DNA of 64,000 nt, from the NCBI GenBank assembly GCA_018238155.1, contig JABCTZ010000036.1, positions 192,001-256,000 of the forward strand. Reading direction: 5' to 3'. The notes below the pieces were generated by a model. That model was given only the letters and a program-made list of their open reading frames with translations, searched no databases and had not been told where the DNA came from. Numbering within the stretch: the first letter of the stretch is position 1; each line of letters begins with the position of its first letter. A program made the position numbers and the translations under genes. Positions 18,907 to 27,953 of the stretch are shown in pieces. Origin of the DNA: Candidatus Heimdallarchaeota archaeon. GTDB taxonomy: Archaea; Asgardarchaeota; Heimdallarchaeia; JABLTI01.

Positions 18907-19437
18907 GTGGAGTGTAACTACTTGTCAAAAGATGAACAAAAATCCAAAGAAGAATTTTCCGCTATCTTTATGGGTGATTTTAGCACAATTATTGATGATG
19001 CCATAGACTTCAAAAAACAAGCGCAAGTAAATGGTTTTGATTTATCTGTGAAAGAAATTTTTACTCTAAAAGGAGAAGGAGCAATCGATTTTGATAATTC
19101 CAAAAGAGTTCTTCCAGAATACGAACCTTTAGCAAAAAAAGATGATGAATACTGGGAACTACAACCAGGTGCATATGTTATTCGCTACAATGAAATTGTG
19201 AGTGTACCTTTAAATGCTGTCGGAATTATTCAACCAAGAAGCACACTACTTAGAATGGGTGGAACAATAATTGGTGCTTGGTGGGACTCTGGTTATTCAG
19301 GCAGAGGACAAGGACTATTAGTCGTAAACCATTCTATAAAAGTATATCAAAATGCCCGTGTAGCTCAAATTGTTTTTCTAACTACTAAAAAATCATCAAA
19401 AGGTTATGATGGCACTTATCAGAATGAGAAGAAATGA
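18907..19437 (+). CDS. Archaeal dUTPase / dCTP deaminase family protein
   Basis: QVNGFDL, PRSTLLRMG, WDSGYSGRG, ARVAQIVF, GYDGTYQ. Confidence 0.88.
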   Translation: MECNYLSKDEQKSKEEFSAIFMGDFSTIIDDAIDFKKQAQVNGFDLSVKEIFTLKGEGAIDFDNSKRVLPEYEPLAKKDDEYWELQPGAYVIRYNEIVSVPLNAVGIIQPRSTLLRMGGTIIGAWWDSGYSGRGQGLLVVNHSIKVYQNARVAQIVFLTTKKSSKGYDGTYQNEKK

Positions 19438-19470
19438 TTCTTCTCCTCATTTTTTGAATTTTAAAGAACC

Positions 19471-19529
19471 TTTATATAGTCAGAGGTCTGACTAAGATTA
19501 GAGGTCTTACTTAAGTGAGATGTCTAACT
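19471..19529 (+). promoter_or_regulatory. TATA box followed by three tandem palindromic operator-like sites (18-bp period)
   Basis: TTTATATA 19471-19478; AGTCAGAGGTCTGACT (19478), GATTAGAGGTCTTACT (19496), AGTGAGATGTCTAACT (19514). Confidence 0.7.
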
Positions 19530-19591
19530 TGATATTTCTATTTATTTCACAGTAATTACAACTTTTTCAACAGGGGATTAACAAATGGCAA

Positions 19592-22500
19592 ATGAAACTA
19601 CGGTTGAAAAAACTTATGTGTAAAATCAAAATTAAAAAAGAAAAACTGGAACTAGAAAGTAAAATTACTGGTGATGGTTTAGAAAAGAAAAAAGATAACA
19701 AAGATAAAGCACCGAAAAAGAAAAGGGAAAAAGTTTTCTTTAAGAGGTTAGGTGAATTTGTCGTTAGAAGATATAAAATAATTCTAATAGTTAGCTTACT
19801 TTCTTTAGCATCAGCAATATATCCTGCATACCTTTTGCAAGGAGAATTGAAATACAATGATCAAGATTTTCTTCCTCAGAACCTTGAAAGCAGTATTGGC
19901 ATTCAAATTCTTGAGGATCAGTTTGATTCAAATATTTCAAGACTATCAACAATTATTGTTATAGATTCTGACGAACTTATTAGCTCGGAAGATAATCTTG
20001 CATATATTGAAGCTTTAACTCAAGGAATAAGCGATTCCAATTTTACGGATGATGTTGCAAGAGTTGATAATATCGTTTCAACTTTCAATGAGTATAATTC
20101 AACATACTGGTCTGAAATGAATCAAGCACAAGCTGTAATTAATGAAATGCTGGTAAATAATTTAACTTATGCTAATGCAGCAATTCACCAAGCAGCTCAA
20201 GAATTAAATACTACAATGAAACAAATTGCCGGTTTGTATCTAATGACTTGGTTTAACTTTTCACGCACTTATTATTATGGTCATTACGATTCGAATCTAT
20301 TCTCAGTTGGTCCTTTGAATTCAACAGTTTTACAAACTATTGCTTTAGATACTAATTTCACTACTGGATTTGCTATTGCACCAGAATATGTAAGTCTGGT
20401 TTATAATTATGCGAACTCCTTAGGAAATCATGCATTTGTAAATGACGTTGTTGTGAATGACTTTGCATTAAATATTGCCAATATGTCATTATTTTATGCT
20501 TCAAATATGACTCTTGAAGAGTATCAAGAACAGCTTTATCCATTACTTGACATGTATTACCAATATTGGAAACAAAGTTTTCAACAAACAATTACTATAC
20601 CAGGTGTAAGCATAGTTAATGGTACCTCATTGAGTGAAAATCTGTACGATAATTCCACAATACCTAATGCTTATGTCAGTCAAGGAACAACTTTAGGCTA
20701 TCTTCAGATGGTAAATAATACCGCATTTCAAAATATCGATATTAGAAACATGATACTCTCTCAAGCGAGCGAATTCTTTGATCTATCTGATCCTCAAATT
20801 ATGGCTTTTCTTAGTAGTGAATACTTAGAAACAATAATTGAAGCAGTGTATGATTTGGGACCAAATCCATCGCAACTTGCAATTCAAGCATTATCTTCAT
20901 CAATAACTGAACAGATCATTCAAGGAATAATTTTAGCCAATCCTTCCATTCCTTCCATTGAAGAATTTTGCACAAGTCCTCAAGTATCAAATATTACTCG
21001 ATGGTTCTTAAGTACAGATGGTAAGTGCTCTATTTACTTGGTATCATATGATGTTTCGAGATACTCTTCCATTGAAGAAAAAGATCGAGTATTAGTTGCA
21101 GCAGATAAATGGATAGGAGAATATTCTCATCAACTAATTTCTGATATGAATTTAACTCAAACGAGAATTTATCATACTGGTGAAATATTCATAACAGAGA
21201 GTATAACAACGTCCTCAGGAGAAGCTGCAGGTAGCATTGATATTTTTGCCGTTGTTTTTGTTGTAATAGCTTTACTACTTATTTTCACTAGCCTAATTGC
21301 ACCTCTAATCCCATTACTTACAATTGGAATTGCTATTGTAATCTCTTTTGCATTTCTCTTCTGGGTATCAAAAGCTATGGATATTCATTACTTAAGCACT
21401 CTCATTTTGACGATTATCTCATTAGGAGCTGGTGTTGATTATTGTATCTTTATTTACTCTAGATATACTGAAGAACTCAAAAGAGGTAAACCCAAAGAAG
21501 ATGCAGTAAAAATTGCTATTGAACATGCAGGAGAATCAGTTTTCCATTCCGGGTTAACAGTGATGGTTGGATTTGGAGCTCTCATTATACCTGATTTCCC
21601 AATGTTACGAAGTCTTGGTATTGCAATGTTAATTGGTGTTGCTTTTTCAATAATGGCTTCGATATTTATTGTTCCATCTTTGTTAATGCTATTAGGAAAT
21701 GCAGTATTTTGGCCTAAACAACTGAATACTATTCTTCGACCGCAAAAGTGGTTCAAGAAGAAAAAAGCTATAGCTATTGAACAACCCGAGGAACAATCTG
21801 AAAATGTTCCTGATGGTCAAGCAATCCAGAAGACCAAATTGATAGAAGAAGAAATTAGTAAACCAAAAAGAAAAGATAGTTTATCAATACGCATTGGAAA
21901 ATTCGTCACGAAAAATGGTCTTGCTATCTTTTTATTAGCAATTGTATCTATTGCTCCTTTGGTTTATTTCACCACACAAATGAAAACAAGTACTGATTTC
22001 ATGCGAATGATGCCTTCAGACTTTGAGCCTAGAGATGCTTCTGATATTTTGACTGAAAAGATGGATTATGGTAATCCAATAGCCGTTAAACTATTATTTA
22101 CAAATCTAGATCAAGAAGTCCTCTCTCGAGAGACACTTATTGACACAGAAAATTTATGTATACAAATCCTTTCACAAGAACATGTAAAGACTATACGGAC
22201 AGTCACTAGACCATTAGGTACAAATTCAACATCATTTGAAAATCCCGCAATGTATTCAAGTTATCTAAGTATAATGGATGATTTCGTAGGAAAAGATAAT
22301 CATACTTTCTATATGGAAATTTACTTAGATATTGATCCCTATTCAGACGAAGCAAATAATTATGTAGGTAACTTGCCTGATTTTATAGATGAAGCAATAT
22401 CTCAAGAAGATTTAACATCTCTTACAAACGCTGACCATTATGTCATGGGTGTTTCTAGAACTTTTTATGAAATGAATTTAGTAACTACTCAAGCATATCC

Positions 22501-23266
22501 AATCGTTATTCCTATCGTGATAATAGGTGTGTTTTTCGTATTACTCTTCCTGTTTGGATCCTATTTCACTCCAATTAGATTGATACTCACAATTGGTATG
22601 AGTATAGCATTTACTTTGGGGATGTTGTATCTAGTATATGGAATTGGTTTAGGCGCACCAATATTCTGGCTTCTTCCAATAATGCTATTTTCCATTTTAA
22701 TGGGGTTGGGCCTGGATTATGATATCTTCTTGGTATCTCGAATCAAAGAGTATTGCCAAGCAGGAATGACGGATAAAGATGCTATTATTCACGCTTTGGA
22801 TCATACTGGAACAATCATTACATCATGTGGATTAGTGATGGCTGCAGCATTCAGTAGCCTAATGTTCACTGAGCTCTGGCACATCAACGAACTAGGATTT
22901 GCATTCACAATATCAATCTTAATCGATGCGACAGTAGTTCGTCTAATTCTTGTACCATCAATAATGGTGTTATTGGAAAAATTCAATTGGAAAGGACCCA
23001 AAAGATTGCAAAAAGTACATCGCGATCCAAAAGTAACTGCAGTAATGAAAATTTTAGGTGATAATATCGGCATTGAAATTTTCAGTCCTGAATTAAAGAA
23101 ATCTCTTGAAGATATTGTCGATCAATCATCTTCTAGTACTACGGTTGAGGAGTTGATAGATAATATGCAACCAACATTGATACAGTATATCGATGAGAAG
23201 AAATTGACAACTGGAATAACTAATCTTATGACTACTAAATTGAACGAAATTGCATTGAAATCGTAA
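19592..23266 (+). CDS. MMPL/RND-family membrane transporter with large extracytoplasmic insertion
   Basis: GAGVDYCIFIYSRYTEE and GLGLDYDIFLVSRIKE motifs; two 1+5 TM repeats; many N-x-S/T sequons in the loop. Confidence 0.92.
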   Translation: MKLRLKKLMCKIKIKKEKLELESKITGDGLEKKKDNKDKAPKKKREKVFFKRLGEFVVRRYKIILIVSLLSLASAIYPAYLLQGELKYNDQDFLPQNLESSIGIQILEDQFDSNISRLSTIIVIDSDELISSEDNLAYIEALTQGISDSNFTDDVARVDNIVSTFNEYNSTYWSEMNQAQAVINEMLVNNLTYANAAIHQAAQELNTTMKQIAGLYLMTWFNFSRTYYYGHYDSNLFSVGPLNSTVLQTIALDTNFTTGFAIAPEYVSLVYNYANSLGNHAFVNDVVVNDFALNIANMSLFYASNMTLEEYQEQLYPLLDMYYQYWKQSFQQTITIPGVSIVNGTSLSENLYDNSTIPNAYVSQGTTLGYLQMVNNTAFQNIDIRNMILSQASEFFDLSDPQIMAFLSSEYLETIIEAVYDLGPNPSQLAIQALSSSITEQIIQGIILANPSIPSIEEFCTSPQVSNITRWFLSTDGKCSIYLVSYDVSRYSSIEEKDRVLVAADKWIGEYSHQLISDMNLTQTRIYHTGEIFITESITTSSGEAAGSIDIFAVVFVVIALLLIFTSLIAPLIPLLTIGIAIVISFAFLFWVSKAMDIHYLSTLILTIISLGAGVDYCIFIYSRYTEELKRGKPKEDAVKIAIEHAGESVFHSGLTVMVGFGALIIPDFPMLRSLGIAMLIGVAFSIMASIFIVPSLLMLLGNAVFWPKQLNTILRPQKWFKKKKAIAIEQPEEQSENVPDGQAIQKTKLIEEEISKPKRKDSLSIRIGKFVTKNGLAIFLLAIVSIAPLVYFTTQMKTSTDFMRMMPSDFEPRDASDILTEKMDYGNPIAVKLLFTNLDQEVLSRETLIDTENLCIQILSQEHVKTIRTVTRPLGTNSTSFENPAMYSSYLSIMDDFVGKDNHTFYMEIYLDIDPYSDEANNYVGNLPDFIDEAISQEDLTSLTNADHYVMGVSRTFYEMNLVTTQAYPIVIPIVIIGVFFVLLFLFGSYFTPIRLILTIGMSIAFTLGMLYLVYGIGLGAPIFWLLPIMLFSILMGLGLDYDIFLVSRIKEYCQAGMTDKDAIIHALDHTGTIITSCGLVMAAAFSSLMFTELWHINELGFAFTISILIDATVVRLILVPSIMVLLEKFNWKGPKRLQKVHRDPKVTAVMKILGDNIGIEIFSPELKKSLEDIVDQSSSSTTVEELIDNMQPTLIQYIDEKKLTTGITNLMTTKLNEIALKS

Positions 23267-23355
23267 AATCATCAAAACAATAATACTTCTCGTTATGAGA
23301 AGTCTTTTTTTTCTAATATTCAATACAACATAAATAAATGTCTAGAGGTCGCCTT

Positions 23356-23766
23356 CTAAAAAAAAAGTTCAAAAAGTTCCTCTATTTGCTTGAGTGCTCT
23401 TTTTGCAGGGATAACTGCTAGTCCGGCTTTTTTTGCTTTAATCCCTCTAAATTTCATTGCCATAGTAAAATTTTCTGAGCGAGCAATTAATAAACTTCCT
23501 TGCTCTGTTCTTATATTCATATGTCTGAAAGTATCTTCGGGATTGCCTTCAATGCTTTGTAGAGCAAGCAATGTACTGATACTCTTTATTGTGTCAATTA
23601 GTAGGGCTGCTGTTCCTTCGACATTTATAGAACCTTTATGCTCGTGTACACTACAACAAGGTAATCCTTCTTCTGTTGTAAGAACTATATCTGATGAGCC
23701 TGCTCTGTCCATCAAATCACGGAGAATTTTTTCCGTTAGCTCGTTTATTGAAGCACTTTCATCCAT
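23356..23766 (-). CDS. Roadblock/LC7 domain protein
   Basis: IVLTTEEGLP, MNIRTEQGSLLI, KAGLA..PAKRALKQI roadblock pattern. Confidence 0.75.
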   Translation of the reverse strand: MDESASINELTEKILRDLMDRAGSSDIVLTTEEGLPCCSVHEHKGSINVEGTAALLIDTIKSISTLLALQSIEGNPEDTFRHMNIRTEQGSLLIARSENFTMAMKFRGIKAKKAGLAVIPAKRALKQIEELFELFF

Positions 23767-24163
23767 ACCAATACCCCGAATTATAATAATTAATTTGCTC
23801 TCTTAATTTTTTAACTTTCTTCAAATAATCAAATTACTTCTTACTATAATTAGTTTTGTATATAATCAAAAGTTGTATGCGATGGATCAAATTCATCCTT
23901 GGGATTTTTAAGGTTGGAAATATGAATTTTAAATTTTGCTTTTTTTTGGACAATGGTTAGAAATTAATCAACTGAAATTTATTAAGTATAAAAAATTTTA
24001 AAAATAAAATACAAGAGGGATAGCTCCTCTTATTCTCTTTTCTTACGGTTGAATTATGTAAAATTTCTGAAAAAAATCATTAAAATTTAATGATTAAAAC
24101 AGAACGATTTTTTAGCGCGCTTATAAAAAAAAAAGACTACTCTTACACAAACTCCTTCACTAA

Positions 24164-24919
24164 CTAAAATAATAATGGATAAGCAAGCTCGTGCAAGATT
24201 TCATATTTCTTTGGATCAAAATCTACTTCATCTAGTAATTCATTCAAGTAAGTGTACTCGAATTCATTTAATGCCACTGGGAAACTCTTCTTATCAATTT
24301 CCTCTTTTTGTATAGCAAAGAAATTTAGTAATAACGGACCAAGATATCCTGTTTCTACATAAATTTGAACTATCCAGTGGAAATAATGCATTAGTTCTTT
24401 CAGCGTTGAATTTTCGATTGCTTCTGCAATGATACTATAAGAAGTCATCAAAGCTGCCCTTCTAGTGAGATAGTCTTTAGTTTTTCCTACAGAAATCAAT
24501 GCCGCTAATAGTTTAAGATCTGCCCAACTTGAAAGTGCAATAATAACTGCATATTGTAAATCAGCTTTACTTTCTGTCAGAATCTTTAGCAATATTGGAA
24601 GAGAATCGCTATGACCTATTTTTCCTATTACTTCAATTACAGCGAGTTTTTTCGCTAGAGAATCTGATTTGAGTTCTATATGCAGTTGTTTTACTAAATC
24701 ACTTGAGGGTTTCTTCTCGTATACTCTAGCAATAGCCATTGAACAAGCATTTCTAACATTCCATGATGGATCTTCTAACCCGTCAAGTAATTTATCAAAG
24801 GACGCTTGTCCGCCAACTTCGAGAAGGGTTAAAGCTCCTTTAACACGATCAATCTCTTTTTCTGAGGTTAATCTTCTCTTTGCTATTCCTCTTTGAAATA
24901 CTCGTTTGATAAAAGCCAT
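24164..24919 (-). CDS. HEAT-repeat protein
   Basis: LLDGLEDPSWNVRNACSMAI, LAVIEVIGKIG...LPILLKIL, LTRRAALM. Confidence 0.8.
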   Translation of the reverse strand: MAFIKRVFQRGIAKRRLTSEKEIDRVKGALTLLEVGGQASFDKLLDGLEDPSWNVRNACSMAIARVYEKKPSSDLVKQLHIELKSDSLAKKLAVIEVIGKIGHSDSLPILLKILTESKADLQYAVIIALSSWADLKLLAALISVGKTKDYLTRRAALMTSYSIIAEAIENSTLKELMHYFHWIVQIYVETGYLGPLLLNFFAIQKEEIDKKSFPVALNEFEYTYLNELLDEVDFDPKKYEILHELAYPLLF

Positions 24920-24921
24920 GA

Positions 24922-26520
24922 TTAACTGCTCTCCTCTTGTTGAGTAACTATCTCATCAATCAATACACGAACTGAAGCTAGCTTTGATTGACTCATTTTG
25001 TTCAAATGGCTATAGTCAACTTCCTTGCGTATTTTTGAAGTCCCATATAGCACACCTGTTGCAACACTAGTTTCTTTTTCTTTTGCTTGTTCTTCTTTTT
25101 GAGCTCTAACGAAATCTAACAACTCTTTTGAGATATCAATTGCTCGAGTGTAAATTGGAATGTCCCACGGTGACATTGGATTGTCATCTAGACTGCCCAC
25201 TGAGAGAAGTGTTCCCACAACCATCCTGTCTAATTTTTTAAACATAATAATATCAGGGAAACCTGGTGTTGGCATTTTGAAATTTTGACGATAGAGCAAA
25301 CTGTGGTTATGAAGTATTAGTAACTGTTCCAGATTAACCGATTCATCATCAATTTCGAATACGTAAATTGGTTTTGAATCAACTTTAACATAGCCAAAAA
25401 ATTGGAATGCTTTGCTACTTTCTAACCATTGACCAACATTGACTACTTGGAAACGATGAACAAATTTAATGTAATCATCAATCTGATCCCATTCTCTTTC
25501 GTAGATATTCCATGTTTTTCTCCAATATCCAGTTGAGTCTGCATGCCAGTAGACATTTGTAGATTGAGTTCTATCTCTAACGTCCTTGATGATTTTTCTT
25601 GCTTCTGGACCCCCACCTACTTTATTAAGAAGGTCGAGATCACCGTTCATTTTAAGAACTTCTTGAATGATTTCTCTTGGTTTATCCAATTTATCTTCAA
25701 AAGCTCTTTTGATTAGTTCAAGAGAGAAATGGTTCATTGGTGGTCCATAAATTGGTTTGAGTAAACGTGGCAGTGTATTGAATTTGTATTCTCCTTTTTC
25801 GAGAATTTTTGTGGCTATTTCTGTATGGATGTAATTTGCAAAGGCTTCTATTAGAATCCCAGTAAGATTCTTCTTTTGCACAGCCTCTGCTCGCCTGTTA
25901 AGAAAAGTAATTATTTCCAAAAGAAAGTTCTGGAAAAGGGATGTTTTTCTTGAGCTTTCAGGTGGGAGATAAAAATCTTGTACTCCAAATGTAGAGAGGA
26001 GGCGTATAACAGCGATCATATCTTGGAAATAAGCCAAACCCCAACCTATTTGACGATCTTCTTTCAAGCCATAAGCATTATTCATCATTAGTTCCTTAAT
26101 GATCATATCCATACGATAAATTTGTGTGAGCATTTCACTATCATTTGTAGCAGATTTTTCAGCAAAATATGCATGAGCAAATGCATGAATAAACATAACT
26201 CTCAAAGAGAAATCTCTTTCAGGGCTTCCTTCAAGTTCGAAGGGAAGACTCAAGTAAATCATTGTAGGCTTACTTGAGAAAACTGAAATACATTCATCTG
26301 CCAAGTAATTCCTCGCTCGAGATTTTCTCAAATTTTCAACCATTTCTTGGGAAAGCACCGCATGTGGGCTTCCACCTAATTCCATTACTTGGTAGAGACT
26401 ACTGTGAAGCTCTGGATCAATAAATACTAGTACTTTATAGTCTTCTGGTGTTTCACCTACAAATTCCTCGAAGTCTTTTCGAGCTTGTTTATAGATTTCA
26501 ACTACTCGTGGATTGTCCAA
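24922..26520 (-). CDS. Divergent SpoVR/YcgB-like protein (zincin-like HxxxH...E motif)
   Basis: PHAVLS...LADECISVFSSKPTMIYL...VMFIHAFAHAYF and TGILIEAFANYIH parallel the SpoVR motifs PHWSFG...LAYEIVINSNPCIAYL...LVMAHxxGH and TQVMNEGWAxFWH. Confidence 0.6.
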   Translation of the reverse strand: MDNPRVVEIYKQARKDFEEFVGETPEDYKVLVFIDPELHSSLYQVMELGGSPHAVLSQEMVENLRKSRARNYLADECISVFSSKPTMIYLSLPFELEGSPERDFSLRVMFIHAFAHAYFAEKSATNDSEMLTQIYRMDMIIKELMMNNAYGLKEDRQIGWGLAYFQDMIAVIRLLSTFGVQDFYLPPESSRKTSLFQNFLLEIITFLNRRAEAVQKKNLTGILIEAFANYIHTEIATKILEKGEYKFNTLPRLLKPIYGPPMNHFSLELIKRAFEDKLDKPREIIQEVLKMNGDLDLLNKVGGGPEARKIIKDVRDRTQSTNVYWHADSTGYWRKTWNIYEREWDQIDDYIKFVHRFQVVNVGQWLESSKAFQFFGYVKVDSKPIYVFEIDDESVNLEQLLILHNHSLLYRQNFKMPTPGFPDIIMFKKLDRMVVGTLLSVGSLDDNPMSPWDIPIYTRAIDISKELLDFVRAQKEEQAKEKETSVATGVLYGTSKIRKEVDYSHLNKMSQSKLASVRVLIDEIVTQQEESS

Positions 26521-27895
26521 GTCTCATACTCTCCGTAATGATGGTTTTTGCTAGTACATCCATCCTTGATGGATTAATTATTACTGGATATGCGATACCT
26601 CGCAGGGCTCTTCTTGTATCTCTCCAGAGATCCGTGTGTCGTAATCGCTCTGATCCAATCATAAAGTAGGATACTTTCCAAGTTCTACTTCTGTCTCTTA
26701 CAACTTCTCTAAGTAAGCTGTTAAGTTCAATGTAACAATTCCGTGCAACAGGATCTATTACTTCCCGTTCTTCTTCAAAATAATGCGATAAACTTGTTGA
26801 TGGTTTTACATTATATCCCGGAATCAGCTCATTTGGGCGTCCATCTGTGACAATGATGATGTGGATGTCTCTATTTTGAGTGTTTTTCTTAATACGCGCA
26901 TGATCTATTGCTGCTCTAATTGAAGCACTCATTGGAGTTCGTCCTTTCGCTTGTGCTGTTAATAGAAATCGTTCCAATTCTCCTTCTGAAGAAACTATTC
27001 GGCGATTCTTGGAAATAGGAACAACTGCAGTTCTGAATGCTCGCTGGTTTGTTCTTCTTGATCTGCCTTGTTTCTTCAAGTAATAGAAGATTGCCAGAGA
27101 AGTTAAGAGAGCACCTTCAAGTCTAGAAAAATGTGTTCCTTGTACTACATTTCTCATAGATTGAGAAATATCAACAGTAAGATAGATCTGTGCATTTCGA
27201 TCTTTCTTCATGATGACGATATCATCTGTATCAATAGATTTTGGTGGAATAGATTGGGAGGTAAGAATTGAGTGTTCGAATGTCTTCTTTTTATGGATTT
27301 TACCTCGAGGTCTGACAATTGTTTCATTTACAGGCCTAGCTGGTAATTGCCTAGTTAGCCAGTTACCAAGTTGGTTTCCTAAGAAATCCATGACTTCCTC
27401 ACGTTTTATCCTCATCTTATGACCAAAACGATCAGTAATTTCAATGTCTGTTAATTCTTCCAGAGTACGTAATGACTCTGTCAATTGTTTTTTGTAATCT
27501 GCTGTACCTTCGAATCCTTTCAGATGTTTTTGAATAAAGGACTCAATTTCCTCTTTCGTTTGCAGTTCACCCATGTTAACTTTCAATAGAGCATCAGGTA
27601 AAGCTTCATTGCCTAGATACTCAAGTATTTCAAGTTCCCGGATAAGATCTTCTTCTTCCATGGGTTCCATTGGTGTAACAAGCAATCTTCTGCGGATATT
27701 TTTTACTGCAACAGCATTCTCAAGAGACATACCTAAAACTAGGGCTTCTCGAGAGCTTTGCCCTTTACGGGGGTCTCGCCATTTTTGCAATACGCTTGCA
27801 GCATCTGCGAAGTCAAACACAAAATCGGGGTCTCGCCAAAGTGTCAATGGATCCGAAAATCTCTCTCGAGTTATCATGTGTAATCTATGAGGCAT
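26498..27895 (-). CDS. vWA-domain protein, YeaH/YhbH-like
   Basis: MIDAS DISQS, GRTP, VTDGRPN; upstream REEVMDFL and GKIHKKKT...DDI resemble YeaH pre-vWA motifs. Confidence 0.75.
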   Translation of the reverse strand: MPHRLHMITRERFSDPLTLWRDPDFVFDFADAASVLQKWRDPRKGQSSREALVLGMSLENAVAVKNIRRRLLVTPMEPMEEEDLIRELEILEYLGNEALPDALLKVNMGELQTKEEIESFIQKHLKGFEGTADYKKQLTESLRTLEELTDIEITDRFGHKMRIKREEVMDFLGNQLGNWLTRQLPARPVNETIVRPRGKIHKKKTFEHSILTSQSIPPKSIDTDDIVIMKKDRNAQIYLTVDISQSMRNVVQGTHFSRLEGALLTSLAIFYYLKKQGRSRRTNQRAFRTAVVPISKNRRIVSSEGELERFLLTAQAKGRTPMSASIRAAIDHARIKKNTQNRDIHIIIVTDGRPNELIPGYNVKPSTSLSHYFEEEREVIDPVARNCYIELNSLLREVVRDRSRTWKVSYFMIGSERLRHTDLWRDTRRALRGIAYPVIINPSRMDVLAKTIITESMRLGQSTSS

Positions 27896-27953
27896 TGTGT
27901 ATGCGCTCCATTTCTTGTAAATATTAATAAATATCCAGTATTTCCTGGATATT

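Noticed and set aside
19478-19529. Tandem repeats as mini-CRISPR or iterons
   Set aside because: Only 2-bp spacers, three degenerate copies, and no cas or rep gene; the position after a TATA box fits operators
23807-24163. Long AT-rich intergenic gap as ncRNA or replication origin
   Set aside because: Only one short hairpin (AAGAGG/CCTCTT); no ORB-like repeats or cdc6 neighbour
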